A DNA stretch of 64,000 bases from positions 1,024,001-1,088,000 of the forward strand of contig CAVOYH010000003.1 in assembly GCA_963700635.1 (NCBI GenBank), written 5' to 3'. The notes beneath the pieces were generated by a model that saw only the letters and a program-made list of their open reading frames with translations, was not told the DNA's origin and searched no databases. This DNA comes from an uncultured Bacteroidota bacterium (GTDB taxonomy: Bacteria; Bacteroidota; Ignavibacteria; UBA10030; UBA6906). A program made the translations under genes and the position numbers. Of this stretch, positions 10,136 through 20,622 are shown piece after piece. How positions within the stretch are numbered: the stretch's first letter is position 1; each line of letters begins with the position of its first letter.

Positions 10136-12664
10136 CTACATTATCCCGACCGGATCAACGTCCACGATCACCTGCGTCTTCTTCACACGCCCCTGCACGG
10201 TTTCCGTCGCGTGACGTATGCGGGCATGGGTAATCGCGCCGGAAGGGTCGATACCCTTGACAGTCTTCAAGACAATATGCCAGCGGTACTGACGCTTGAT
10301 CTTGCCTATCACAGCCGGAGCTGGTCCGAGCAGGGCGTAGGGGGGTGTGTCCTTCTTCAGCACATCTGCCAGCCGCTCCGCCAGCTTCCGCACCTCTTCT
10401 TCGTCCTCTCCCCTCGTCTCGACCAATACCAGCCGTGAGAGTGGCGGGTAGTTCAACTCCTCCCGCTCGGCAAACTCTTCCTGGAAATACGCTTCATAAT
10501 CATGATCCAGTATATGGACCAGCGTGCGATGATCAGGCTGTGAGGTCTGAATGATGACTTCGCCCTTGAGCAGACTCCGTCCCGCTCTGCCCGCCACCTG
10601 TGTCAACAGCTGAAAGGTCCGCTCCGAGGAACGGAAATCGGGGAGCAACATCTGCGTATCCGCACTGATAACGCCGACGAGTGTCACGTGGGGAAAATCC
10701 AACCCCTTTGCGACCATCTGTGTGCCCAGCAGAATATCCGCTTCGCGGTCTCCAAACTGCCGCAGTATCCGGTCGTGCGCACCGCGTCGGGAGGTCGTGT
10801 CCAGATCCATCCGGAGCAGTCTGGCAGAGGGAAAGGTTGACGCAAGTTCTTCCTCCACCCTCTGCGTCCCGACACCGTGCAACCGGATTGCCGATCCGCC
10901 ACACTGCGGGCACAGGAGAGCCGGCCGGCGGACAAGTCCGCAATAGTGACAACGGAGATGTTTTTTGCTCAGATGGTACGTCAAAGAAACGTGACAGTTG
11001 TCGCACATTTCAACGTATCCGCACTCGTGACATTCCACAAAGGGCGCAAAGCCCCGCCGGTTTTGCAGAAGGATGATCCCTTCGTGCCGCTCCAGCCGTT
11101 CGGCCATTTTTTCATGCAGGAGTCGGGACAGCGCCGGATGACGGAATTCCTTCATCTTCCCGCGCTGGTCCTGCGGTAACGATTCCCGGGTGGCGGCGTA
11201 CACCTCTTTCCGCTCTTTCGTCAGATCCACAATACGCACGTCGGGCAGGAGTGCATTATCAATCCGGTCGGGCATTGTGAGCAGTTCAAATTTTCCCGAT
11301 CGCGCATTCGCAAAGGATTCAAGGGATGGCGTTGCAGAACCCAGCAGCACGACCGCGCCGGCGTCATGCCCGCGCATGATGGCTACGTCACGCGCATGAT
11401 ACCGTGGCACGGAGTCGTATTGTTTGTAGGACGCTTCGTGCTCTTCATCGACAACAATAAGACCAAGGTTGGGCAGCGGTGCAAACACGGCGGATCTCGG
11501 TCCGATCACGACGCGGCAGCGTCCGTCCAGCGCAAGCCGCCAGACGTCATACCGTTCGCCGGCCGACATCCGGCTATGGACCACCAGGACCTGATCTTCA
11601 AAGTGACTCTTGAATCGCCGGACGATTTGCGGGGTGAGCGAAATCTCCGGAACAAGGACTATCGCAGTTTTCCCTGCGTCCAGACAGTGCCGGATCGCCT
11701 TAATATAGACCTGGGTCTTTCCGCTGGCGGTAACGCCGTGCAGAAGAAAGGTCCGATGCCGTCCTTCATCGAGAGCCGCCACGAGCCGGTCACGAACCTG
11801 TTGCTGGACGGAGTTCAGCACGATCTGCAGTGTTCGCTCTTCCACGCCATACTCCTGCTGGCGTGTCACTTCGCGTCTGACAACCGACAGGAGCCCGCTC
11901 TCACGGAACGGTTTGAGAATCCCGGTGGATGCACCTGACTGTTTTAACAGGTCAAGCAGATCGGCATTTTGAAGACCCTGTTCCTTCAAGGCGAACAGGG
12001 ATGTCAGAAATGTTATCGCCTTTTTCCGCCGTGCCGGGAGTTCGCCGATTGTCGTGCGGAGCGCGGCCACGTCCAGGGTGCGGAGATCCAGAAAGTCACG
12101 CATCTTGATCCCTGCTTTTGGCCGTGGGAGTACTTCCTCGGTGGCCAGAAATCCTTCCTGTTCCATCTCGTTAAGTGCTGCATGAATGGAATTCAAACCG
12201 GTCTGTTTCTTGAGATCTGTAGCGGAAAGGCTGCCATGGTCAAACAGCAGGTCGAGGATACGTGCACGTTTTGAAGAGTGTTTCCGCAGGGTCTCAATCC
12301 GGGGATCAGCCGGCTCAACCAGCGCACGCACCTTTCGCTTGCTCGTTTGTCCGAACCCATGTGGCAGCGCAGCCCGGATCACGTCACCCAGCGGTGCCAT
12401 ATAGTACCGGGCGACCCACGAGCAGATTGTCAGGAGGTGAGTTGAAAGCGACGGTTCCCTGTCCAGTACATCCGCGATGCTTCTCAGGCGCGGATGCGAG
12501 GAGGAGGGAGGCAGGGAGACAATAATTCCGGTTGTGAGCTTTCTGCCAAATGGAACAAGTACACGAACGCCGATACGGGCGGTCGGGAGAAGCTGCTCTG
12601 GAATCAGATAGGTAAACGTTTTGTCGACACCGGCGGGGATGGCGACTTCTGCATAGTGCGGCAT
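10136..12664 (-). CDS. priA: Primosomal protein N'
   Basis: GVTASGKT, DEEH, GSATPS, four CxxC zinc motifs, GTQMVAKGLDFP, QVAGRAGR; start trimmed to MPHYAEV. Confidence 0.97.
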   Translation of the reverse strand: MPHYAEVAIPAGVDKTFTYLIPEQLLPTARIGVRVLVPFGRKLTTGIIVSLPPSSSHPRLRSIADVLDREPSLSTHLLTICSWVARYYMAPLGDVIRAALPHGFGQTSKRKVRALVEPADPRIETLRKHSSKRARILDLLFDHGSLSATDLKKQTGLNSIHAALNEMEQEGFLATEEVLPRPKAGIKMRDFLDLRTLDVAALRTTIGELPARRKKAITFLTSLFALKEQGLQNADLLDLLKQSGASTGILKPFRESGLLSVVRREVTRQQEYGVEERTLQIVLNSVQQQVRDRLVAALDEGRHRTFLLHGVTASGKTQVYIKAIRHCLDAGKTAIVLVPEISLTPQIVRRFKSHFEDQVLVVHSRMSAGERYDVWRLALDGRCRVVIGPRSAVFAPLPNLGLIVVDEEHEASYKQYDSVPRYHARDVAIMRGHDAGAVVLLGSATPSLESFANARSGKFELLTMPDRIDNALLPDVRIVDLTKERKEVYAATRESLPQDQRGKMKEFRHPALSRLLHEKMAERLERHEGIILLQNRRGFAPFVECHECGYVEMCDNCHVSLTYHLSKKHLRCHYCGLVRRPALLCPQCGGSAIRLHGVGTQRVEEELASTFPSARLLRMDLDTTSRRGAHDRILRQFGDREADILLGTQMVAKGLDFPHVTLVGVISADTQMLLPDFRSSERTFQLLTQVAGRAGRSLLKGEVIIQTSQPDHRTLVHILDHDYEAYFQEEFAEREELNYPPLSRLVLVETRGEDEEEVRKLAERLADVLKKDTPPYALLGPAPAVIGKIKRQYRWHIVLKTVKGIDPSGAITHARIRHATETVQGRVKKTQVIVDVDPVGIM

Positions 12665-12708
12665 GCACTGAATATCACCAGAAACAGGGAGGAGTTCAAG
12701 GGGACATG

Positions 12709-13072
12709 TTATTCGTCGCGGTGCACTGTGTCCGGGGAAAAAGCCGGGAGACACACGGCAATATATTCTGCGCCATCGGCCTCGGGAGAACTATACTGTA
12801 TCCACTCTCCCTTGTTCGTGATCACAGCCTGACCTGCCCGTACATCCAGAGCCCCGTCCTTGATGCGTAACGCGCAGCATACCGCGGATCACCAGCGTAT
12901 ATTCATCAAACCCGGGAGTCTGGCCGGGCTCCACCCACCCCGGCGGACTGATCATATGGGCGATGCTGACCTCGCGGTCGCCGGAATTAACTCCCCCGAC
13001 GAATTCCTCGATGATCTTGGGCTTGTTTCCGGCGGCCTGGATCGTTGTCGGACGGTGTATCAATCTGGGCAA
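12709..13072 (-). CDS. Cupin-domain protein, split by a +1 frameshift near 12863
   Basis: KIIEEFVG...PPGWVEPGQTPGFDEYTLV continues in another frame as DGALDVRAGQAVITNKGEWIQYS...YIAVCLPAFSPDTVHRDE* (TAA 12709-12711). Confidence 0.85.
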
Positions 13073-13103
13073 GGGAGTGACAACCTTCTCTATCCTGTGA
13101 TAT

Positions 13104-13472
13104 CTATTCCGGATTACTGCGTGCCTGGATGAACGACCGGGTTGCGAACACCAGAAATATCAGGCAGAGCAAAGCCATCACCGCCTGTGCGATCACCGCC
13201 TGCGGGCGTTCAACGGTTCCGCCGCCGATCAGAGTAAAGATCTTCAGGAAACCGGTGAATGTGGCAAGCAAGCCGATCAGCGAGAGGGCGGCAGCACCGT
13301 GCATGGCGTGTTTGCGTTTCGAAGGAGTACGCGCAATGAAGCCGAAGACCAGATACAAGACGCCGAATGCGGCAGGAATAAGAGCAGTCAGGCTCGCACC
13401 CCCGCTCAGACAATACCCGCTGGCTCCAAGAAATATCAGAATCAAGCCGATACCAAGAGATAAACCAACCAT
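13104..13472 (-). CDS. Small 4-TM membrane protein of unknown function
   Basis: Four hydrophobic segments, SLTALIPAAFG...RKHAMH; co-oriented with the operon. Confidence 0.8.
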   Translation of the reverse strand: MVGLSLGIGLILIFLGASGYCLSGGASLTALIPAAFGVLYLVFGFIARTPSKRKHAMHGAAALSLIGLLATFTGFLKIFTLIGGGTVERPQAVIAQAVMALLCLIFLVFATRSFIQARSNPE

Positions 13473-13586
13473 CTCAGAATCCCTTTCAGTTGTTGTGCAC
13501 CCCTTTGAACAGCGGACTGCCGGCGGAGGTTCCGACCGGGTCCGCCCCGGAGCGAGTCCCGATCTGATGACCGGGCGGTCCGATTG

Positions 13587-14192
13587 CTACATGGTCACGT
13601 GCAGCGCCCTGAGGTCGCGTAGTAATGTGTCAGGGTGGGTATAGACAAGGGCGTGCATACCGAGCCGCTCAGCCGCTTCTGCGTTCTCACGGATGTCGTC
13701 GATGTAGACGCAGACCTCCGCCTCAAAGCCGAGCTTTTGCAGCATGTCCTCATAGATGGCCGTTGCCGGCTTCATCGCTCTGACTTCATAGGAAAGACTC
13801 ACCGCGTCAAACAGCGGAAACACCTCGACGGTCTTAATGTTGTACTCAAAATGCCATTCATTGGTGTTTGAAAGAAGTCCGATGCGGTAGTGCGGTTTGA
13901 GTTGCCGTATGAGCGTGAACGTGGATTCGATCGGGGTGAAGATATCGGTGTACGCGTGTATAAAATCCTGCCGGGAAATGTCTATTCTGGCCGTCTCTGT
14001 GAGTTGGAGGAAGAATTGATCGGAGGTAAGGTGGCCGGTTTCGTAGGCGATGGCCAGCCGCGAGATCTCGGGCATCAGGCCGTGCAGCTCGTTGACGGTG
14101 CACCGGCTGCGCCCGGCCAGGTTTTCAAAAAACCTTGCCACGCTGAACGTGCAGAGGACATTGCCGAAGTCAAATATCACCGCCTTGATCAC
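13587..14192 (-). CDS. HAD-family phosphatase (YihX-like)
   Basis: IFDFGNVL, LLSNT, KP...IY, YIDD...N motifs. Confidence 0.92.
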   Translation of the reverse strand: MIKAVIFDFGNVLCTFSVARFFENLAGRSRCTVNELHGLMPEISRLAIAYETGHLTSDQFFLQLTETARIDISRQDFIHAYTDIFTPIESTFTLIRQLKPHYRIGLLSNTNEWHFEYNIKTVEVFPLFDAVSLSYEVRAMKPATAIYEDMLQKLGFEAEVCVYIDDIRENAEAAERLGMHALVYTHPDTLLRDLRALHVTM

Positions 14193-15289
14193 GGCCGGCC
14201 CTTTTCGTTGTGATGTCCCACGATGACCGGTTCGATGGAGAGTCGCACGCCGAAGGTGTTTTCCACTCCTGTTCGGATCTCCTCGGCAAGAGCAAGTAAC
14301 TCACTGGTTGTTCCACCCCGGTTGACAAGCGCGAGGGCGTGTTTCTCTGAAATGCAGATATTGCCGCGCCGGGTGCCTTTCGGGAACCCCGCATTTTCCA
14401 CAAGCCAGGCAGCCGGTATCTTGATGCCGCCCGGGGAAGGGTGCGCGGGGACCGGGTCCGTTTTTCCCGACTGCTGCCAGCGTTGCCGTATGTCGTCCAC
14501 CTGGGCGGGATCCAGCACCGGGTTCATAAAAAAGGAACCGACGGAACGGGTGTTCGGGTCGGTCCGATCGATCACCATCGACTTGGCGCGGCGGAGGCGG
14601 AGGACCGCCTTTCTTGCCTGATTCAAGGCCGGAGCGCCGGCGGGAAGTGCGTCTTCCGATCCCTCCCCAGCGATTGTCTGTGCGAGTTCCGGATAACGGA
14701 TTCGCGGACGTGCTTCCTGTTCAAGGCGAAACACTACGGTTGTGACAATATACCGGCCCGCATCCTCTCCCTTGAACCGGCTGGTGCGATATCCGAATTT
14801 GCACTCCGTGCCGGACAACCGCACTTCGTTACCGGTCGCGCGTTCGAGCACTGTCACTGTTTCGAGCGTATCCCGTACTTCCTGTCCGTACGCACCCACG
14901 TTCTGGATGGGTGTTGCGCCGGCAGATCCGGGAATGCCGGCCAGACACTCAATACCGCCAAGTCCGCGTGCCACGCACGCGGTGACAACATCGTCCCAGA
15001 GTTCCCCGGCGCCCACCGTGACCTGGCACATGCGGGTTGAATCGGCAAAGTCCAGCCCGGGAATTTCCACCCGCAGAATCAGGCCGGGATATCCCTCGTC
15101 ACTGAACACAACATTACTTCCCCCGCCGAGAACCATGACGGGGACCGAGTGTTCCCGCGCGAAGTCGAGCGCGGAACGGCACTCGTCGGGTGTTGCGCAG
15201 GAAGCGAAAAAACGCGCGGATCCGCCGAGACCGATCGTGGTGAGCGATGCAAGAGAAACATCTTCGCGGATGGCGAGTGATACGCTCAT
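14189..15289 (-). CDS. murB: UDP-N-acetylmuramate dehydrogenase
   Basis: LGGGSNVV, GIPGSAGATPIQNVGAYGQE, GSFFMNP, HALALVN, IEP. Confidence 0.95.
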   Translation of the reverse strand: MSVSLAIREDVSLASLTTIGLGGSARFFASCATPDECRSALDFAREHSVPVMVLGGGSNVVFSDEGYPGLILRVEIPGLDFADSTRMCQVTVGAGELWDDVVTACVARGLGGIECLAGIPGSAGATPIQNVGAYGQEVRDTLETVTVLERATGNEVRLSGTECKFGYRTSRFKGEDAGRYIVTTVVFRLEQEARPRIRYPELAQTIAGEGSEDALPAGAPALNQARKAVLRLRRAKSMVIDRTDPNTRSVGSFFMNPVLDPAQVDDIRQRWQQSGKTDPVPAHPSPGGIKIPAAWLVENAGFPKGTRRGNICISEKHALALVNRGGTTSELLALAEEIRTGVENTFGVRLSIEPVIVGHHNEKGRP

Positions 15290-15298
15290 GGGTGCCTG

Positions 15299-15562
15299 TT
15301 ATGGCGTAGTGCGCCGGAGATGAGGTGGCTTGAATCCACGGTACGTGTCGAACCGCGAATCGTAAAAGACAATATTGAATGCGCTGTCCCGCAATGTACC
15401 GCCGGAGGGGTACAGATAGAATTCCGAGATCGTTCCGGTCACACGGTTGACCGGCTTTCCGCCTTCAATGTAGAACTTCAAGGTATAGTACCCCAGGGTA
15501 AACGGAGCGGTCTCCAGTTGAAGAAAGAGATTCTCGTCATTGAACAGATACACATCACTCAT
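15299..15562 (-). CDS. Hypothetical protein (87 aa)
   Basis: Fills the gap between co-oriented genes with tight spacing; protein-like composition; no motif recognised. Confidence 0.7.
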   Translation of the reverse strand: MSDVYLFNDENLFLQLETAPFTLGYYTLKFYIEGGKPVNRVTGTISEFYLYPSGGTLRDSAFNIVFYDSRFDTYRGFKPPHLRRTTP

Positions 15563-15595
15563 CGTGCTCGTCCCGTGCCTTCACCATGCTCCTGT

Positions 15596-16366
15596 TCATC
15601 CTCTGTGCACATGATACACCGACGCCTGGTCTGTCGGCATGACGATCACTTCGCTGATATCGACATGGGGCGGCCGTAATGCGCAGAACAGAGCCACTTC
15701 GGCTATATCCTCGCTGAGCAGAGGCCGCATATTTTCGTATGTCTTTGATGCCCGTTGTGCATCGCCGTGGAAGCGCACAAGACCAAATTCCGTCTCCACA
15801 AGTCCGGGGGATACGGAACATACGCGGATGCCGGTTCCGAGCAGATCCATCTTCAGTCCTTCGGTCAGGGCCCGCACGGCGAATTTGCTTGCACAGTAGA
15901 CATTGCCGTTCGGATACACCTGATGGCCGGCGATGGAACCGATGTTGATGACATGTCCCGCCTTCCGTTCCACCATGCCGGGGATGACCGCACGCGAGAC
16001 ATACAGGAGTCCCTTGACGTTTGTATCGATCATCTCCTCCCAGTCCTGAACAGATCCCTCATGGATCTTGCTGAAACCCCTGGCGAGGCCGGCGTTATTG
16101 ATGAGGATCTGGATATCGCGCCAGTCCGGCGGAAGTTCGCTCACAGCAGCATCGACGGCTTTGCGGTCGCGTACATCCAGTTGTATCGTAGACGTGCGAA
16201 CGCCGTATGCACTCCGGAGCTCCCCGGCAAGGCGGTCAATCCGGTCTTTTCGCCGTGCTGCAAGGAGGAGGGCTGCTCCTTCTCTGGCAAACACACGCGC
16301 ACAAGCTTCACCGATGCCGCTGCTGGCGCCGGTGACAAAGACAATCTGATTCGCAAGTGCTGGCAT
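15596..16366 (-). CDS. SDR oxidoreductase (YdfG-like)
   Basis: TGASSGIG, NNAGLARG, YCASK catalytic motif, PGLVETEF. Confidence 0.93.
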   Translation of the reverse strand: MPALANQIVFVTGASSGIGEACARVFAREGAALLLAARRKDRIDRLAGELRSAYGVRTSTIQLDVRDRKAVDAAVSELPPDWRDIQILINNAGLARGFSKIHEGSVQDWEEMIDTNVKGLLYVSRAVIPGMVERKAGHVINIGSIAGHQVYPNGNVYCASKFAVRALTEGLKMDLLGTGIRVCSVSPGLVETEFGLVRFHGDAQRASKTYENMRPLLSEDIAEVALFCALRPPHVDISEVIVMPTDQASVYHVHRG

Positions 16367-16417
16367 AAGCGGTTCTCCGTAGAATCACGTTCTACTGTTC
16401 ATCGTGGTACGTGCTGC

Positions 16418-18124
16418 TCAACGGCCTTGCGCCTCGTGCATGCTGTTGAGCGCAGCCGCGACGGTAAACACCGGCGCGATGTCCACCGGAATGTCCTTCA
16501 ATCTGTCCAGGGCCTGCTGCATCGGCGGACGGATCACCGCATAGGTGTCGAGCAGCGTTTTGGCTTTTTGATAGTCCCCCTCGGCCTGGACCGTCATAAT
16601 CAATCCGGTCAGCTCACGCACCGCATGTTTGGCACGTTCAACATCCACGCGGAACGTCCCGTTGGTGCTGTCGTACGTAAATGCACCCGCATCCGTCAGG
16701 TAGTTGAACTGGAATGCCATTCCCCGTCCGTGTGACTCTTTGATGCCGAACCGGACGGAACGGAAGACGCCGGCGAGGAATGTGGCGTACATCTGTTCCT
16801 CCCCCGATTTCTCCAGTGTGCCCTTGTCCATGAGGTGTTGGAGCATAAAGAGCGCGGAGATATCTGCTTTGGCTTCCTCGAAGGCGGAGCTCAGTTCGCG
16901 CATGGCCTGCCGGACGGTGGTCTTTTTCCCGTCGACGGTGATGTTGTGGGGGCCGAGTCCGTGCATCAGCTCATGGGCAAGAATATGTGTGAAAAATGGT
17001 TCAAACGCGATGACATTTTTCTGTTCCGGGTCGAGAACCACTGCGGCGATGGGAGTCAGGATGTTCCGGAATTTAGCTTCCTGCACGTTCTTGAGCATCA
17101 CCCGTTTACTTCCCTTTTCGGCGACCACACGCTCATCATTGGGCAGGTTAAATGCGGCGGTCTGTACGCCCGCCCGGGCTTCGCCGCCAACCAGAAGCTC
17201 GTCGACCACCCGGATCGGCGCCATCCCTCCGAGTTGGGGATTGCGGAAGTGTGGTGCGATGGGAAGATTGTTTTCAATATCCTGCAGCAGGGAGGAAAAT
17301 TTCTCCAGCTTTGCTGTCTCCGCATCATTCCGCAGGGTGATGAAGGCCTCAAATGCCGCCTTGTAATTAAACAATTCATCCAGATACACCTCGTAGGGGC
17401 CGATGGTGATTTCGATCGGACTGTCAAGGTCCATCCATGCCACGTCACTCGTATAGTAGTCGTTGCTGAGAAAAGCATCCGCGCGTGAGAGCAGGAATGT
17501 GCGGAGTGAAACGTTGTCCGTAAGCCCCGCGGCTTCTCGTAAGAGCGCCGCCGCCCGGGTCAGCTCGGCGGAATACTCCTCATTGTACGGCACAACCTTG
17601 AGCGAGCGGTCGGCGTTGCGCCGGATCGTATAGAAGAATCCGGTGGCCTTGCGCTGTTCAACCTCGGGGAGTCCGGCAAGCCATGTCTGAAATTCCTCTT
17701 TCGTCATATCCTCGGGGTAGAAGTTCGCGCCCGGGGGACGGGGGGAAGGGACTCCCTCGATAAATGGCTCATGATGATCCAGCCCGGACCACGGACTCTG
17801 GTTGATGTGCCAGTATGCCAGACGGAGTTTTCCCAGCGGGGAAGTGTCGGATCCGAGCTCCTTGAGAAGGCGTTCGTTTCCGCTCCACACCTGACGGCGG
17901 TAGAGCGTATCCATGACACCCGCTGCAACCATAAGTTTTCCCAATGCGGCCTGGTCGCCCGGTGATAACCGTGAGACATCGCCGGTGATGGTCGCCGGAG
18001 TGAACCGTGCCGCTTTCTGTGCGAGGGAGTTCATTGCGTGTTCGTCATCCTTCTGTGACGTGCAGGACAAAACGAGTATGCCGGAAAGCAAAATACCGGC
18101 GAGATGGTGCAGGGTAGTCTTCAT
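16418..18124 (-). CDS. Peptidase family M49 (dipeptidyl-peptidase III-like) lipoprotein
   Basis: Lipobox LVLSC; GANFYPED, IGPYEVY, AFNLPNDE, HELMH, EEAKAD. Confidence 0.88.
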   Translation of the reverse strand: MKTTLHHLAGILLSGILVLSCTSQKDDEHAMNSLAQKAARFTPATITGDVSRLSPGDQAALGKLMVAAGVMDTLYRRQVWSGNERLLKELGSDTSPLGKLRLAYWHINQSPWSGLDHHEPFIEGVPSPRPPGANFYPEDMTKEEFQTWLAGLPEVEQRKATGFFYTIRRNADRSLKVVPYNEEYSAELTRAAALLREAAGLTDNVSLRTFLLSRADAFLSNDYYTSDVAWMDLDSPIEITIGPYEVYLDELFNYKAAFEAFITLRNDAETAKLEKFSSLLQDIENNLPIAPHFRNPQLGGMAPIRVVDELLVGGEARAGVQTAAFNLPNDERVVAEKGSKRVMLKNVQEAKFRNILTPIAAVVLDPEQKNVIAFEPFFTHILAHELMHGLGPHNITVDGKKTTVRQAMRELSSAFEEAKADISALFMLQHLMDKGTLEKSGEEQMYATFLAGVFRSVRFGIKESHGRGMAFQFNYLTDAGAFTYDSTNGTFRVDVERAKHAVRELTGLIMTVQAEGDYQKAKTLLDTYAVIRPPMQQALDRLKDIPVDIAPVFTVAAALNSMHEAQGR

Positions 18125-19314
18125 GCGTGTTCCCCGGTAGTTGATGATGATGAGTGGAGTTCTGTGTTGATCACACGCATAACTTCGGCGAGGGGGAGGT
18201 TCCGTTCACGTGCGATGCGCTTACATTCCTCAAATTCGGCGGTGATCACAGTCGTGCCGTCGCGTTCCACCGCTTTGACTGCGAGAGGGCCGAACGAGGA
18301 GGGGACGGAGAAGGTGTGTCGCACGAGTTTACGCCGGCCCACCGTCTGGATGCGGAGACCGATGGATGTTGTTTCACGGAAGATGAGATCCGTCACGGCA
18401 TCGAGATGGGCCCGGTCGGTGAGTACCGAGAGCAAAATTCCCGGGCGACCCTTCTTCATGATGACCGGAATCAGATATGCGTCATGTGCGCCCGCCTCCA
18501 GCAACTGCTCGATCAGGTGTGGATGGATCTGCGGGTTCATGTCGTCAATATTCGTTTCGACAACAATGGACTCATCCGTTTCATTCGGGATGGCGAGTGT
18601 CCCGGTGACCACCCTGAGAAGATTGGGGATTCCTGCGATTTCCCGGGTGCCTGCCCCATAGCCGACAGAGGTGATCTGAATGTGCTCGTCGGTAAGAACG
18701 CCGGAGGAAAGGGCTTTGATGATGGCTGCGCCTGTGGGTGTGGTAAGCTCCTCGGGGATCGAGGTAAAGACCGTGGGGTAATTGCGCAGGATTTCCACGG
18801 TGGCGGGTGCGGGTGTGGGCATCATGCCATGTTCCGTCCGGATAATGCCGCCGCTGCCAAGGCGCACCGGTGAGGAGTAGACCCGCTCGACGCCGAGCTG
18901 TTCCAGACAGATACATACTCCGACGATATCAACGATCGAATCGAGCGCTCCGACCTCATGGAAATGGATCCGTTCCACGGTTGTATTGTGGACTTTGGCT
19001 TCGGCGTGTGCCAGGACGGTGAAGATGCTGCTCACGCGGCCCCGGACCTGTTCCGACAACCCGCTGGCGTTCACGATTGCCAGGATATCTTTCAGATGCC
19101 GGTGATACTGAGGTTGTTGCGTCACGACAACGTCGATGTGCACGGCGTCAATCGCACTCCGCTGTACATGCTGCGCGGTGAGTTCGAAACCACCGAGGTT
19201 CAGTTTTTGCAGCTCCGCCGTCAGATCGTCGAGAGAAACCCCGGCCGAAACCAGAGCGGCCATGCTCATATCGCCGGCGATTCCGGCGATGGTGTCAAAG
19301 TAGGCTATGGTCAT
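18121..19314 (-). CDS. larC: Nickel-pincer cofactor nickel insertase
   Basis: YFDTIAGIAGDM, HFHEVGALDSIVD, ELTTPTGAA, ETNIDD, MKKGRPG, ETTSIGLR. Confidence 0.95.
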   Translation of the reverse strand: MTIAYFDTIAGIAGDMSMAALVSAGVSLDDLTAELQKLNLGGFELTAQHVQRSAIDAVHIDVVVTQQPQYHRHLKDILAIVNASGLSEQVRGRVSSIFTVLAHAEAKVHNTTVERIHFHEVGALDSIVDIVGVCICLEQLGVERVYSSPVRLGSGGIIRTEHGMMPTPAPATVEILRNYPTVFTSIPEELTTPTGAAIIKALSSGVLTDEHIQITSVGYGAGTREIAGIPNLLRVVTGTLAIPNETDESIVVETNIDDMNPQIHPHLIEQLLEAGAHDAYLIPVIMKKGRPGILLSVLTDRAHLDAVTDLIFRETTSIGLRIQTVGRRKLVRHTFSVPSSFGPLAVKAVERDGTTVITAEFEECKRIARERNLPLAEVMRVINTELHSSSSTTGEHA

Positions 19315-20615
19315 GAGGAGGTACCGTTCCCGATCCGTGTGATGAAAGGCTCAACAAATTCCAGAATACGTCCGGTTGCGCCGAGGTTGGCCCGTACAAA
19401 GGCCGAAGCCCGTTCGCCTGCCGTGGTCCGTGCCGCATCATCCTGCAGGAGGTTCATGGTGGTGCGCACGAGTTCCCCGGCGTCGGAGACCACGAAGGCC
19501 CCGCCCCGTTCAACAAGCATCAGCGGTTCATGCGAGCCCCTGTGGCGGGGCCCGAAAAGGACGGGAATGCCGTACACTGCCGCCTCGAGAACATTATGAA
19601 TACCCTGCCGGAAACTCCCTCCGACATACGCAATGTGCGCGCAGGCATAAAGCACGAGCAGGACCCCGATGCTGTCAACAATGATCACGCCTTCGCCATC
19701 ATATTCATTCAATGCCGAAAAGCGGATGGACCCGACCTGGCCTGCAAGCTCGCCTTCAATGTCTTCAATATGCTTGAGTGTCGGTTCATGGGGAACCAGG
19801 ATCAGCAGCAGTTCCGGCACTGAAGACCGGAGTTCAAGAAAGGCAGGAAGCAGAACCTGCTCATCTTCGGGCCACGTACTGCCGGCAACAAGAATTTTCT
19901 TTCCCTTCAGCACGGCCGGAGAAATGATGCTCCTTTTGCGGGCGTCGGCGCTCCTGATAGCCACCTGATCATACCGTGTGTCGCCGATGGCCTCCACATG
20001 CGCGCGCCGGAGCGAAAACACGCTGAAGGCATCCACATCGCTTTGTGCCACCGTAAGAATGGTATTTATACTATCATAAATGGTGTTGTGGAGCGATCGG
20101 ATCAGAGGAAGACGGCGTAATGTGTGTCTGCTCATCGTGGCATTGGCGATGATCACGGGGATGGAGCGTCGGCGGAGTTCCCAGATATGGTTCGGCCAGA
20201 TATCATACCGTACCATCACGGACAGGTCCGGGCGCGCGAGATCAAGGAATCGCCGTGCGCCACGCCGTGAATCGAAGGGGATGTAGGTAATGATATCCGC
20301 CAGCGGATATGTACGCGAATGTTCGTATCCCGACGGCGAAAAGAAGGTAACGATGACGCGCGTCCCGGGGAAACGTTCCTTCAGGGCGGCGATGATCGGC
20401 TTGGCCTGTTCAAATTCCCCCATGGACGAAGAGTGGAACCACACGCGTGGCCCCGGCTGCAGGAGATCGATATCCCGCTCAAGCCGGTCGAACAGGCCAT
20501 CGCGTCCCCGGATGCCGCGCCGGACTTTGGTATTGACCGTACCCAGAAGACGCAGTGCGGCCCAGAAGAGCGGGATGAAGAGACCATTATAGAGTATCAT
20601 CCAGAGAGTGCGCAT
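19311..20615 (-). CDS. waaA: 3-deoxy-D-manno-octulosonic acid (Kdo) transferase
   Basis: WFHSSSMGE, GDTRYD, AGSTW, YVGGSF...HNVLEAA...GP; start trimmed to MRTLW. Confidence 0.93.
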   Translation of the reverse strand: MRTLWMILYNGLFIPLFWAALRLLGTVNTKVRRGIRGRDGLFDRLERDIDLLQPGPRVWFHSSSMGEFEQAKPIIAALKERFPGTRVIVTFFSPSGYEHSRTYPLADIITYIPFDSRRGARRFLDLARPDLSVMVRYDIWPNHIWELRRRSIPVIIANATMSRHTLRRLPLIRSLHNTIYDSINTILTVAQSDVDAFSVFSLRRAHVEAIGDTRYDQVAIRSADARKRSIISPAVLKGKKILVAGSTWPEDEQVLLPAFLELRSSVPELLLILVPHEPTLKHIEDIEGELAGQVGSIRFSALNEYDGEGVIIVDSIGVLLVLYACAHIAYVGGSFRQGIHNVLEAAVYGIPVLFGPRHRGSHEPLMLVERGGAFVVSDAGELVRTTMNLLQDDAARTTAGERASAFVRANLGATGRILEFVEPFITRIGNGTSS

Positions 20616-20622
20616 ACAATGC

